Of a stretch of 64,000 nt of DNA, positions 30,186 through 40,344 are shown one piece after another (position 1 is the first letter of the stretch; the number at the start of each line of letters is the position of its first letter). The translations under genes and the position numbers were made by a program. Under the pieces are notes generated by a model. That model worked only from the letters and a program-made list of their open reading frames with translations, did no database searches and was not told the origin of the DNA. This stretch comes from an uncultured delta proteobacterium (GTDB lineage Bacteria > Myxococcota_A > Polyangia > Polyangiales > Polyangiaceae). The stretch is taken from contig CAWKKR010000001.1 in assembly GCA_963850305.1 (NCBI GenBank), positions 384,001-448,000 of the forward strand. Reading direction: 5' to 3'.

Positions 30186-31515
30186 ATGTCCATGAGACCC
30201 ATCGTCGCAATCGTCGGTCGTCCCAACGTCGGCAAGAGCACGCTCTTCAATCGATTCGCGGGGAGCGACCTTGCCATCGTGCACGACGAGCCGGGGGTCA
30301 CGCGCGATCGTCACTACGCCGACGCGCACCTGCACGGCCGCGACGTTACGCTCGTCGACACGGGCGGCTTCGACCCCGAGACCACGGATCCGGTCGGCGT
30401 GGGCATCGTGCGGAACGTCGAGGCGGCCATCGAAGAAGCGGACGTCATCCTGTGCGTGCTCGACGGCATGACGGGCCCGGTGCCCGGGGACCGCGAAGCC
30501 GTCGCGCTCCTGCGCCGCTCGAGCAAGCCGGTTCTTTACGCCGCGAACAAGGCCGACGACTCGCGGAAGGCGCTCGAGTCGAACGACCTCTACTCCCTCG
30601 GGGTCGACCGCATCTTCCCGATCTCGGCCGCGCACGGTCGCGGTCTTCACGAGCTCGAAGCCGCCCTGGTGAACCTGCTGCCGGCGCCCAGGGCCGAGGA
30701 GCCCGCGCCCGACGACGACCTGCCGCGCATCGCGATCCTCGGGCGTCCCAACGCGGGCAAATCGTCCTTGTTCAATCGACTCTGCGGTGAGGAGCGCTCC
30801 ATCGTCGATGAGCGACCCGGGACCACCGTCGATCCGGTCGACACGCGCGTCGAGATTGCCGGCACGCCGTGCGTCATCGTCGATACGGCCGGCATCCGGC
30901 GGCGCTCGCGCGTCGATCGCGGCGTCGAGTCCGCGAGCGTGATGCGGGCGATCCGGGCCGTCGGCCGCGCCGACGTCGTCGTGCTCCTCTGCGACTCGAC
31001 GGAGGAACTGGCGGAGCAAGACGCGCGGCTCCTCGGGCTCGCGGCGGATCGCGGACGAGCGGTCGTCGTCGGGCTCAGCAAGAGCGACTTACTCGATCGC
31101 AGCCGCAGATCGGGAGCGCCCCAGGCCGCCCGCGACGCTCTCCACTTCGCGGCGTGGGCGCCGATCCTCGTACTCAGCGCGCGCACGGGTGAAGGGCTCC
31201 GCGAGCTCGAGCAGGCGATCGTGCGCGCATGGAAGTCGTTCCATCGTCGCGTCTCCACCGCGGAGTTGAACCGCTTCTTCCGCGACGTACTCGAGAAACA
31301 GCCCCCGCCAACCCACGGCGGCAAAGCGCCGCGTCTCTACTACATCACGCAGGTCGAGTCGGGGCCGCCGGTCTTCGTCGTCATGTGCAACGCGGGCGAA
31401 GCCGTGAAGGCGAGCTACCGCCGCTTCGTCGCGAACCAGATCCGGAAGGCCTTCGACTTCGAAGCCGTGTCGGTCATCGTCCACTTCCGAGGGGAAGAAG
31501 AAGAAGGGCGAGTAG
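30186..31515 (+). CDS. der: Ribosome biogenesis GTPase Der (EngA); probable +1 G in a homopolymer near the C-terminus
   Basis: Two GTPase domains (GRPNVGKS/DTGG and GRPNAGKS/DTAG) plus KH-like end; removing one G at 31491-31494 gives FRGKKKKGE* ending 31515 instead of a junk tail to 31640. Confidence 0.92.
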
Positions 31516-31883
31516 CGGCGTCCACCAAGGCATCTCGAGCCTCACGGAATCGAAGAACCGGCTCACCGCGTCCATATCGAAGGCCCTGGCCACGACCCTC
31601 ACCGCGAAAACCGCACGAGCGTCCCGATCACGCGGTGTGAAACGCGCCGCGAGCTCAGGGTGAAGTGGCCCCACCCAGCCGAGGGCTTCGGCCGTTTCCC
31701 CGGCAAGCCTGCGCCTCGCGGGCCGAAGCCGTGCCGACTGATACCGCCCCGAGCCAGCCCCTGTCGCCCTCGCCCGCGTGACCACGCGACGCCCAACACC
31801 TTGCGCACGCACGCGGCCGCGAGGCGGCCCCCTCACTCTGGCCCTCGCTCAAGCTCCCCCCTCCCCCCTCAAACTCTCCCCCC

Positions 31884-33039
31884 TCACTCCGGGCACAAAA
31901 CCCGCGCAATCCCCGCGAGCGCGACCACGTCGTGCACATCGCTCGGCAGCGCGGGCACCCGGACGAGCGGCACGTTCGACGCGGACACGCGAACCCGCAA
32001 GGCGTCGAGCTCCGACAGGTGAAGAGCGTCGAGCTCGGCGAGGCGGCTTTCGTCGTCCACGGCGCGCATCACGCGCGTGGCCGCACCGTCGTGTAGCGCC
32101 ACGCCATGCCGGCGAGCGGCGGCATCGATCTCCGCTTCGTTGGGCATGCCCCCGGGCGGTGCGTGGACGCGATTGACCACGAAAGCGTCGCTCGTCATCC
32201 TGTCGTCGTGGAGGCGTTCGGCGAAGTACTCGATCTCCTTTATCGCGAGCGGTGCCGGGCTCGTCACCAGGACGTACGCCACGTCCTCGCTGCGGAAGGC
32301 CCGTGACACGCGCTCGGCGCGCTCCTTGAAGCCGCCGAAGAGGTCGTTCAGATCGCTGATCAGCTCGGCCATCTGCTCCAGAAAGCCGCCACCCGTCAGC
32401 TTGCCCACGCCGCGCAGCACCATCGCGACGCTCTGCGCGACGAGGTTCAGGCTGAGCTTGCGCGATTTGTCGAAGGCCTGGATGAACCAGCGTATCGCGG
32501 GACCGTCCAGCGCCTCCACCAGCCGCTCCGGCGCTTCCAGGAAGTCGATGGCGTTCCGCGTCGGGGGCGTGTCGAGGATGATGAGATCGTACCTTGGGTC
32601 GTCCTTCATCGCGAGGAGCTTCTCCATCGCCATGTAGTCCTGAGTTCCGGCAAGGCTCGTGGACACGTAGAGATAGAGCCGGTTGTTCAAGAATCCGGTC
32701 GCGCGCCTCCGGGCTCGACGCGAACTTCGTCACGAGGTCATCGAACGTTCGCTTCGTGTCGAGCATCATGACCGTGAGCGTCCCGGACCCGAAGACGCCC
32801 GCGCTCGAGAGGAGCGCCGGGGCGACGACCCGTTCGTCGGTCGTCATCCGGTCGAGGCCGAGGCTGTTCGCGAGACGCTTCGCGGGGTCGATCGTGAGCG
32901 TGAGCACGCGCTTGCCGCGCTTCGCCGCCGCCAGTCCGAGCGCGGCCGCGACCGTGGTCTTCCCCACCCCGCCGCAGCCGACGCAGAGGACGACGCGGCG
33001 CGAGTCGATCAACGACGAGAGGCTCGGGGGAGGCGACAT
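31884..33039 (-). CDS. ArsA/Get3-family ATPase; frameshift at ~32691
   Basis: GCGGVGKTT, TIDPAKRLA, MLDTKRTFD in ORF 31849-33150, continuing as NNRLY...AGTQDYMAMEKL...LDTPP in ORF 31884-32690. Confidence 0.88.
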
Positions 33040-33188
33040 ACCGCGGGTCTCGCCCTCTACCGCGGGCATGCCAGCGCTCGCAACTCGAACGAGGAAAAGG
33101 CGCTCTCTCGCCGCTCGACTCGGTCTTCGCTTCCCGTGGGCGACCGACAAACTTGGCCGTCCCGGACAGAACTCTGCATGGGGTACTC

Positions 33189-33605
33189 ATGTCCGGCCCC
33201 CAGGCGACGACGCCGACCTCCTCCAGTTCGACGGACCTGCCCGAGGAACGCCGTGTGGCCCGGAGCTCGGACGCGCTCCTGTCGCTCTCGCGGTGCTTCG
33301 AGTCGACCCGGCGGCGGACGGGTCTCGACACGCTGGTCCTGGCGGACCTCTCGGGGCTCGCGATCGCGGGCGCGGGCCCCTCGGCGGCGTGCGAGGAACT
33401 GGCCGCCCGCGCGGCTGTGCCCCCTGCGAACGACACCGTCCCGTGCCGTTTCGACGTCGTGACGCGGGCGTTCTCCGTGAGGCGGCTCAGGATCGACGGA
33501 ATCGAAATCCTGCTCTGCGCGGAGGGCGGAAGCCCCGAGCCGCTGCCTCTACTCGAAGCGGTGGCGGCCTGCGAACGGATTCTCGGGCGTCCGAAACGCG
33601 GCTGA
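33189..33605 (+). CDS. Hypothetical protein, Roadblock/LC7 (MglB-like) fold suspected
   Basis: Helix, then LVLADLSGLAIAG, helix (CEELAA), beta strands, final helix. Confidence 0.55.
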   Translation: MSGPQATTPTSSSSTDLPEERRVARSSDALLSLSRCFESTRRRTGLDTLVLADLSGLAIAGAGPSAACEELAARAAVPPANDTVPCRFDVVTRAFSVRRLRIDGIEILLCAEGGSPEPLPLLEAVAACERILGRPKRG

Positions 33606-33716
33606 GAGTTCGAGCAGCGACGCGCGATTCGCGGTCGCTTACGCGAACGCCGCGACGTAGGATTCGCGCACGATCCCGATGCCCATGCGAGCCCAAAGGT
33701 TCTGGCGATGCGGAGC

Positions 33717-34442
33717 ATGAGCGGCTTCACCGACCTGCATTGTCACTTCGTTCCGGGCATCGACGACGGCGCGCCGACCGCGGAAGACGGGCTCGCGCTC
33801 TTGCGCACCCTTCGAGCAGCGGGCTTCGAGCACGTCGTCGGAACCCCCCACATGCGCCCCGGGATGTTCGACAACGACGCCGCCCTCCTGAAGGGCGCTT
33901 TCGCGCGGTTCGAACCGCTGCTCGCGGGGCTCACGGACGTCCCGAGCGTTGCCCTCGCCAGCGAACACTACTTCGACGACGTCGTGTTCGCTCGCTTGCT
34001 CGCCGGTGAGGGCCTGCCGTATCCCGGCGGGCGCGCGGTGCTCCTCGAGTTCTACGACGTGGACTTCATCCCGGCCGTCGAGGCCCGCCTCTTCGACTTG
34101 CGGCGTCGGCAACTGATGCCGGTGATCGCGCACCCCGAGCGCTACCGGAGCCTCTGGAAATCCCACGAGCGGCTCGCGCGCCTCGTCGCCACGGGCTCCG
34201 TCGCGCTCCTCGACACGGCGGCGCTGGTCGGCAAGTACGGCAAGGAACCCGAGCGCGCCGCCAGACGCATGCTCGAGGACAATCTGTACCATGCCGCCTG
34301 CAGCGACGCGCACCGACCCCGCGACGTGGAAGAGGTCCTCCGCGGCATTCGGTTCATCCAGAAGCGCTACGGCGAGGAAGAAGTCGATCGTCTGTTCCGG
34401 CGCGGCCCGGCGGAGATCCTGGCCGGGACGGTCGGCTCGTGA
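33717..34442 (+). CDS. PHP-family protein tyrosine phosphatase (CpsB/CapC-like)
   Basis: DLHCHFVPGIDDG, TPH, IAHPERY, SDAH. Confidence 0.92.
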   Translation: MSGFTDLHCHFVPGIDDGAPTAEDGLALLRTLRAAGFEHVVGTPHMRPGMFDNDAALLKGAFARFEPLLAGLTDVPSVALASEHYFDDVVFARLLAGEGLPYPGGRAVLLEFYDVDFIPAVEARLFDLRRRQLMPVIAHPERYRSLWKSHERLARLVATGSVALLDTAALVGKYGKEPERAARRMLEDNLYHAACSDAHRPRDVEEVLRGIRFIQKRYGEEEVDRLFRRGPAEILAGTVGS

Positions 34443-35518
34443 GCGCACCGGCCTCGGGCGCAGGGGCGTTCTTAGGACGGCACGGGGGCAAACTGCTCGC
34501 GTCCCTGGTGGTCGCAGGATGTTTCGGGTGGCTGTTGCACAAGGGGGCCCTGCCGCTCGCCCCCGGCGCCTCGAGCTTCGCGAAGATGAAGTGGTGGACG
34601 GTGGGAGCCTACGTCGTGCTGTTCTGCTGCGTGCACGTGATCCGAGCCGGGCGCTGGACGTGGCTCCTCCGCCCGATCGCCGAGGTCCGGTTTCGTCGCA
34701 TTCTCGCGGTGTCGTTCATCGGGTTCGCCGCGATCGCACTCGTGCCGCTACGCGCCGGCGAAGCCGTGCGCCCGCTGCTCGTCCGCGACAACGACAAGCT
34801 CTCGGGGTGGGCCGCCACAGGGACCATCGCCGCGGAGCGCATCCTCGACGGTCTCTTCCTGAGCGCAATGCTCCTCGCAGGACTCGCCTTCTCGACGCCG
34901 CTCTCGCCCCTGCCGGATCACATCGGCAATCTGCCGGTGTCGCCCGCGATCGTCCCGCGCGCGGCGTATCTCGCGCTCATCGTGTTCGCGACGGCGTTCG
35001 TCGTGATGGGCGTCTTCTACGTTAAGCGCGACTTCGCCCGTCGCACGACGGCGCGCGTGATCGGCGTCGTGTCTCCACGATTGGCCTCGTGGCTCGCGAA
35101 TCGCGTGGAGCATGTCGCGGGCGGTCTCCGCTTTCTGACCAGTCTCCGCGTCGCCGTGCCGTTCGTGCTCGCCACGGCGGTGTACTGGCTCCTGAACTCG
35201 GCAGGCGCGTGGCTGCTCGCGTGGGGTTCGGGCTTCGATGCGTTCACGTTTCCACAAGCATGCGTGACCACCGGCGTGGTCGCGCTCGGCATCCTCGTCC
35301 CCAACGCGCCCGGCTTCTTCGGCGCGTATCAGCTCGCCTTCTACGCCGCCCTCGCCGTCTATTACCCGCCGGAGATGGTCGTCGGCCCGGGCGCGGCGTG
35401 CGTGCTCATCATCTACTCCGTGCAGCTCATTCTCACCATCCTCGCCGCGATACTCGGAATGCTCCTCGAAAAGCCGAACCTCTCCCGCAGGCTCGCGGCG
35501 GAGTCGGCGGCGGGCTAG
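34439..35518 (+). CDS. Lysylphosphatidylglycerol synthase TM / flippase-like membrane protein (second paralog)
   Basis: RAGRW, PLRAGE, ERILD, PNAPGFFG; GTGA overlap with the phosphatase. Confidence 0.85.
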   Translation: MSAPASGAGAFLGRHGGKLLASLVVAGCFGWLLHKGALPLAPGASSFAKMKWWTVGAYVVLFCCVHVIRAGRWTWLLRPIAEVRFRRILAVSFIGFAAIALVPLRAGEAVRPLLVRDNDKLSGWAATGTIAAERILDGLFLSAMLLAGLAFSTPLSPLPDHIGNLPVSPAIVPRAAYLALIVFATAFVVMGVFYVKRDFARRTTARVIGVVSPRLASWLANRVEHVAGGLRFLTSLRVAVPFVLATAVYWLLNSAGAWLLAWGSGFDAFTFPQACVTTGVVALGILVPNAPGFFGAYQLAFYAALAVYYPPEMVVGPGAACVLIIYSVQLILTILAAILGMLLEKPNLSRRLAAESAAG

Positions 35519-35621
35519 GACAGCGCCGGGCAGTTTGTCGGCGCCCCGCGTCTGTCGCCACCTGCAGGCAGCCTGCGCCGGTCTGGTTCCACTATCACGA
35601 AACGTGTGTCTTGCGGGGATA

Positions 35622-35744
35622 GGGTCGCCCCGCGGGGGCGGGGCGATCCTCCTCGCCCGCCCCTTCGCCCCGCAACCGCGTCGGCGCAGCTTGACCCAGT
35701 GTCGCCCGCGTCTCCAGCGGCGCAACGTCCCCGCGGGGCGACCC
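35622..35744. repeat. 16 bp perfect inverted repeat flanking a 91 bp spacer (REPIN/MITE-like)
   Basis: GGGTCGCCCCGCGGGG (35622-35637) and its exact reverse complement CCCCGCGGGGCGACCC (35729-35744). Confidence 0.6.
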
Positions 35745-35855
35745 CAAACATCATCTCTGTGCGGACGAGCGCTCGCTCCCCGCACGGCCTCCGACCCTGG
35801 CCCGGAGCTTCCCCGGAACTTGGCCCGGGAAGCGACACCCGTATAGCGGATGTGC

Positions 35856-36290
35856 ATGCGTCGGTTGGTTGCGGTTCTGGGCCTGCTCGCTCTGGTGCTT
35901 GCGGGCGGCGACGTGGGCGCTAGCGTCGAAGCCGAGACCGGGTACAGCAAGGTCCAGACTTACAACGCCGCGCTCCGCTATCTGCGCGTCGACCTGGCCT
36001 ACGACGTGACCGAGAAGGACGAGGAGGCGGGGTACTTGCTCTTCCGCTTCGTGCCAGACGACCAGAAGAAGCCGACGAACGGCTCCATCGAGATCGTGGA
36101 GCAACGTTACGGGGTGCGCGTCTACGTCCGGATGCCGGAGCGACCACGCTATCAGGAAGAGGTCCTCAGCGACGGCTTGCTCCAGAAGCTCCGCGACGAA
36201 TACGGCGACCCGCCTCCGGAAAAGGACGCTCCGCCCCCCGATCGCAAGAGGGACCGCGACAAAGACGACCCCGACGGCGGGGGCGGCTGA
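35856..36290 (+). CDS. Exported hypothetical protein
   Basis: Signal peptide, ALRYLRVDL..DVTEKDEEAGYLLF, Pro/charged tail. Confidence 0.75.
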   Translation: MRRLVAVLGLLALVLAGGDVGASVEAETGYSKVQTYNAALRYLRVDLAYDVTEKDEEAGYLLFRFVPDDQKKPTNGSIEIVEQRYGVRVYVRMPERPRYQEEVLSDGLLQKLRDEYGDPPPEKDAPPPDRKRDRDKDDPDGGGG

Positions 36291-36369
36291 GCGGAGAGAG
36301 GCTTCGTTTCCGTGATCTCCGTGGCACGCGGGCCATGGGAGCGATAGATGTGGGCGGGTCCAGGACCTT

Positions 36370-37617
36370 ATGGTGTTGCGCGACCGTCCCCTGCCCGCGG
36401 AAATCGGGCGTTATCGAATCGTCCGCTTGCACGGACAGGGCGCGATGGGACGCGTCTTGCTGGCGCACGACTCCGTGCTCGATCGGGACGTCGCGCTGAA
36501 GCTGCTGCGCGACGATCTCGCGATCGAGGACGAACAGCGCAAGGGGCTCTTCGACCGGATGCGGCAGGAAGCTCGCGCCGCAGCGCGCGTGAGCCACCCG
36601 AACATCATCGCGCTCCACGACATGGGCGAGGATCCGGAGTGGGGTCTCTATCTCGTCTTCGAGTACATCGAGGGGGCGACGCTGAAGGAACGGCTGGAGC
36701 GCGGCGCCCTGGGTCCGATGGCGGCAGCGCGCCTCGCGACAGAGCTCGGCTCGGCGCTCACGACCGCCCACGAGGCGGGCGTGCTTCACCGCGACGTGAA
36801 GCCCGAGAACATCATCCTGGCGAGCACGGGCGGCAAGATTGCGGACTTCGGGATCGCGCGCGTGCCGGACTCCACGCTCACGTTCGCGGGCGGCCTCCTC
36901 GGTACCCCGGCGTACAGCGCGCCCGAGGCGCTCTCGGGGGGCCGCTTCTCGTCGAAGAGCGACCAGTTCTCGCTCGCCGCGACGCTCTACGAGGCCATCT
37001 CCGGAAAGCGAGCGTTCCCCGGCGAGGATGCGGTTGCCGTGGCGAGCAAGATCGCGACGGAGGATCCCGCGAAGGTAGCCGCGGGCGCCGGTGTCGATGC
37101 GCACGTGGATACGGTGCTGGCCCGCGGGCTTGCGCGCGATCCGCGCGGGCGGTTCGATTCGTGCGAGGAGTTCGGCAATGCGCTCTCGGAGGCGCTCCGG
37201 ATGGCGCCGCGCTCTGCGATGCCGACCTTGCCGGACGAAATCCATCGCGCGACGCAGGAGGCCGCGGGCGTGCGCGTCGCTCGCGCCGGCGCCGGCGGGA
37301 TAGCGATCGGCGCGATGCTCGCGATCCTGGGCTTTCAACTGACGGCACGACTCCGCCAGGAAGAGCCGAAGCACGAGGCGCCCCGCGTCGCGCGTGTGAC
37401 GCTGGCTCCCATCGAGGCGGAGCCCGTGGCGTGGCTCGCGGAGCGGCCCAAGGCGCCGAAGCCATCCGAGGCCCGCTTCGTCACCAGGTCGGTCGAGCGA
37501 CCCCACGTGGTCCACACTCGCGACGGTGGCCGAGAGCAGGATACCGCGACGCTCGAGCACAAGGCACGGGACGCCGGGCAGGCGGGCGACGCGGGCACCG
37601 GAGAGCGCGCGCGATGA
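36370..37617 (+). CDS. Membrane-anchored Hanks-type Ser/Thr protein kinase
   Basis: GQGAMG, VALK, HRDVKPEN, DFG, GTPAYSAPE, then a TM helix. Confidence 0.93.
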   Translation: MVLRDRPLPAEIGRYRIVRLHGQGAMGRVLLAHDSVLDRDVALKLLRDDLAIEDEQRKGLFDRMRQEARAAARVSHPNIIALHDMGEDPEWGLYLVFEYIEGATLKERLERGALGPMAAARLATELGSALTTAHEAGVLHRDVKPENIILASTGGKIADFGIARVPDSTLTFAGGLLGTPAYSAPEALSGGRFSSKSDQFSLAATLYEAISGKRAFPGEDAVAVASKIATEDPAKVAAGAGVDAHVDTVLARGLARDPRGRFDSCEEFGNALSEALRMAPRSAMPTLPDEIHRATQEAAGVRVARAGAGGIAIGAMLAILGFQLTARLRQEEPKHEAPRVARVTLAPIEAEPVAWLAERPKAPKPSEARFVTRSVERPHVVHTRDGGREQDTATLEHKARDAGQAGDAGTGERAR

Positions 37618-38573
37618 GCCGGCGCCTCGCCGCCGCGGTGCTCCTGTCGCTGGCGTGGGTCGCGGCAGCGCGCTGGTCTCCGGCGCGGACGGAATGGATG
37701 GCCGGTCCGCACGCGGGTTCTCCCGGTGCAGAAGCCGACGCGGTGCCCTCGGGCGTCGTCACGCTCCACGCTCCGGAGGCGGGGATGATCCTGGTGCCGC
37801 GCTCGACGTTCACGATGGGCTCGACGGACGACGACGTGCTCGGTGCGTTCGTCGATTGTCAGAAAGAGCCCGGCGCGCAGCACTGCGATCCGAGTCTCTT
37901 CGCGGACGAGACTCCACCGCACAGGGTGACGGTGTCCGCGTTCTGGCTGGACCGGACCGAGGTCACGGTCGAGGCGTACGAGGGTTGCTCCGCGATCGGC
38001 CGGTGCGACACGTTGCCCTACGCCGAGGGAGCGCGGCGGTTCGAGCGCGCGGACTTCCCGGTATCGATGGTCACGTGGCCCGAGGCTCGGGATTATTGCG
38101 CGTTCCGCGGCGCCCGCTTGCCCACCGAGGCCGAGTTCGAGCGCGCCGCACGCGGTGTGACGCGGCGGAGATTCCCCTGGGGCAACGTGTACGACTCCCA
38201 CGTCGTCAACCACGGGCGGCTCGCGTGGACGCCGACCGACGCCACGGATGGCTTCGCGGAGCTCGCGCCGGTCGGGTCGTTCCCCGCGGGCCGCACGCCG
38301 GACGGGTTCCTCGATCTCGCCGGCAACGTGATGGAATGGGTGCAGGATTGGTACGCGCCCGCGTATCCGGACAAGGACGAGGTCGACCCGACCGGACCCG
38401 ACGCGACTGCAGCCACGACGGCCCGGGTACTCCGGGGTGGCAGCTTCGAGAGCGCCGCGCCGTGGGTCCGTGGCGCCGCTCGCATGGGCGCCGACCCGAG
38501 TACGCGCAGGCCGTCCATCGGGTTCCGGTGCGCCAAGAGCGCACGGTCGTCCGATCGCGGAGCAACGCCTTGA
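37614..38573 (+). CDS. FGE-sulfatase (SUMF1) domain exported protein
   Basis: FTMGS, DRTEVT, RLPTEAEFERAARG, DLAGNVMEW, RGGSF, IGFRCA; ATGA overlap with the kinase. Confidence 0.9.
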   Translation: MSRRLAAAVLLSLAWVAAARWSPARTEWMAGPHAGSPGAEADAVPSGVVTLHAPEAGMILVPRSTFTMGSTDDDVLGAFVDCQKEPGAQHCDPSLFADETPPHRVTVSAFWLDRTEVTVEAYEGCSAIGRCDTLPYAEGARRFERADFPVSMVTWPEARDYCAFRGARLPTEAEFERAARGVTRRRFPWGNVYDSHVVNHGRLAWTPTDATDGFAELAPVGSFPAGRTPDGFLDLAGNVMEWVQDWYAPAYPDKDEVDPTGPDATAATTARVLRGGSFESAAPWVRGAARMGADPSTRRPSIGFRCAKSARSSDRGATP

Positions 38574-38648
38574 ACGGGAATGAGGAGCGATGGCTCCGTG
38601 ACCCCAGGAAAGCGCCTGTTCCCGCCCGCGGCGAGCGGGTGAGATGAG

Positions 38649-39185
38649 ATGCTGAAGCTGCCCGTCACGGCCGCCGCGACGTTCGTCCTCGTGCGGCCGC
38701 ACTATCCGGAAAATGTGGGCGCCGCCGCGCGGGCGATCAAGACGATGGGGATCACGTCGCTCACGCTGGTGAAGCCAGGGCGGCTCGCGGTGCCGGAGCA
38801 CGAGATGGCGCTGAAGATGGCCGTGAAGTCCTGGGACGTCCTCGAGGCCGCGACCCGCTGCGAGACGCTCGACGCGGCGCTCGCGAGCGCCGCGCGCGTG
38901 TTCGGTACCACGTCGCGCCGCGGCGTGTCCGGTATCATCTCCCCGCGCCGCGCCGCGGAGCTCGCGGTCGGCGAGGCGGCGCTCGGGCACCGGGTCGCCT
39001 TCGTGTTCGGCAACGAGAAGACCGGGCTCGCCCAGGACGACGTCGCGCTCTGCGACGACCTGATTCGTATCCCCATGGCGGTGGACCAGCCCTCCATCAA
39101 CCTCGCGCAGGCGGTCCAGCTGGTCGCGTACGAGGTCTTCGTGGCAGGGCTCGCGGCGCGCGCCGGGGGAGAGGCCTTGGTGTAG
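38649..39185 (+). CDS. SPOUT RNA methyltransferase (TrmJ/LasT-like)
   Basis: NVGAAARA, VFGNEKTGL, SINLAQAV. Confidence 0.88.
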   Translation: MLKLPVTAAATFVLVRPHYPENVGAAARAIKTMGITSLTLVKPGRLAVPEHEMALKMAVKSWDVLEAATRCETLDAALASAARVFGTTSRRGVSGIISPRRAAELAVGEAALGHRVAFVFGNEKTGLAQDDVALCDDLIRIPMAVDQPSINLAQAVQLVAYEVFVAGLAARAGGEALV

Positions 39186-39194
39186 CCTTGCGGG

Positions 39195-40256
39195 GTGAAT
39201 CCGGCGGACCCGATCGATCTGCGCTCCGACACCGTGACGAGGCCGTCGGCCGCGATGCGGGAGGCCATGGCTCGCGCTGACGTCGGCGACGACGTCTACG
39301 GTGAAGATCCCACCGCGAGGCGCCTCGAGGAGCGCGTCGCCGGCTTGCTCGGCAAAGAGGCGGCGCTGTTCGTCCCGTCCGGGACCATGTCGAACCAGAT
39401 CGCGCTTCTGTTGCACACACGTCGCGGGGACGCCGTCATCGCGGGCGAGGGCACGCACTGTGCGGTGCTCGAGTCGGGCGCGGCGGGCGCGTGGAGCGGC
39501 GTGTCGTTCATCGCGGCCGGCGCCGGCGGGCTCTTCGACGCGGAGGAACTCGAGAGCGCCCTGCCCCAGAGCGGCATCGCGTACGCGCGTCCGTCGCTCG
39601 TCGTCGTGGAGAACACGCACAATCGCGCGGGCGGGCGCGTGTTTTCGCACGGAGCCGTGCTGCGCATCGCGCGCGTCGCGCGCCGTCGTGGGCTTCAGCT
39701 GCACCTCGACGGCGCAAGGCTCTGGAACGCCTCCGTCGCGAGCGGGCACGCCGAGTCGGAGCTCGCTGCGCCGTTCGACACGGTCAGCGTCTGCTTCTCC
39801 AAGGGACTGGGCGCGCCGCTGGGGTCCGCGCTCGCCGGCTCACGCGCCCTCATCGACGAGGCGCGGCGTTATCGCAAGATGCTGGGTGGGGGCATGCGAC
39901 AGGCCGGCATCGTCGCGGCAGGCGCGCTGTTCGCGCTCGAGCACCACCGGCGGCGGCTCGCCGAGGATCATCGCGGAGCGCGGCTCTGCGCCGAAGCTTT
40001 GCTCGAGACTCGTGGAGCGTCGGTGGACATCGCCGCGGTCGAGACGAACGTCGTCAACGTGCGGCTCGCGGAACCGAAGGCGGAGGCGGTGGTCACTGAG
40101 GCCCGCAAGCGGGGGGTGCTGGTGAACGCCACGGCTGCGGAGCAGCTGCGCCTCGTCACGCACCTGGATGCGCCGCCGGAGCGCGCCCGTGAGGGCGCGG
40201 AGCGACTCGGGCGCGTGATCCAGGTTGTCGTCGGCGGGGACGAGGCGAGAAGGTGA
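39195..40256 (+). CDS. ltaE: Low-specificity L-threonine aldolase
   Basis: [49 protein letters not shown]. Confidence 0.93.
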   Translation: MNPADPIDLRSDTVTRPSAAMREAMARADVGDDVYGEDPTARRLEERVAGLLGKEAALFVPSGTMSNQIALLLHTRRGDAVIAGEGTHCAVLESGAAGAWSGVSFIAAGAGGLFDAEELESALPQSGIAYARPSLVVVENTHNRAGGRVFSHGAVLRIARVARRRGLQLHLDGARLWNASVASGHAESELAAPFDTVSVCFSKGLGAPLGSALAGSRALIDEARRYRKMLGGGMRQAGIVAAGALFALEHHRRRLAEDHRGARLCAEALLETRGASVDIAAVETNVVNVRLAEPKAEAVVTEARKRGVLVNATAAEQLRLVTHLDAPPERAREGAERLGRVIQVVVGGDEARR

Positions 40257-40344
40257 CGCGGAGCGGCTGCCAGCCCCCAACGGACCGCTGGATACCGTGA
40301 CCCGAGTGCCGCCGAACGCCGAAGCTACACCGGGCGAAGCGACG

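Noticed and set aside
31516..31640. C-terminal extension of Der
   Set aside because: Better explained by one extra G in a GGGG run
31516..31883. Possible small gene or ncRNA between der and the ArsA-like gene (ORF 31474-31836, C-rich tract)
   Set aside because: No recognisable motif or RNA family; overlaps the der end; cannot be supported
36348..38573. 741-aa ORF suggesting a long FGE fusion protein
   Set aside because: The first 422 codons are an off-frame overlay of the kinase; the real gene starts at 37614 with a signal peptide
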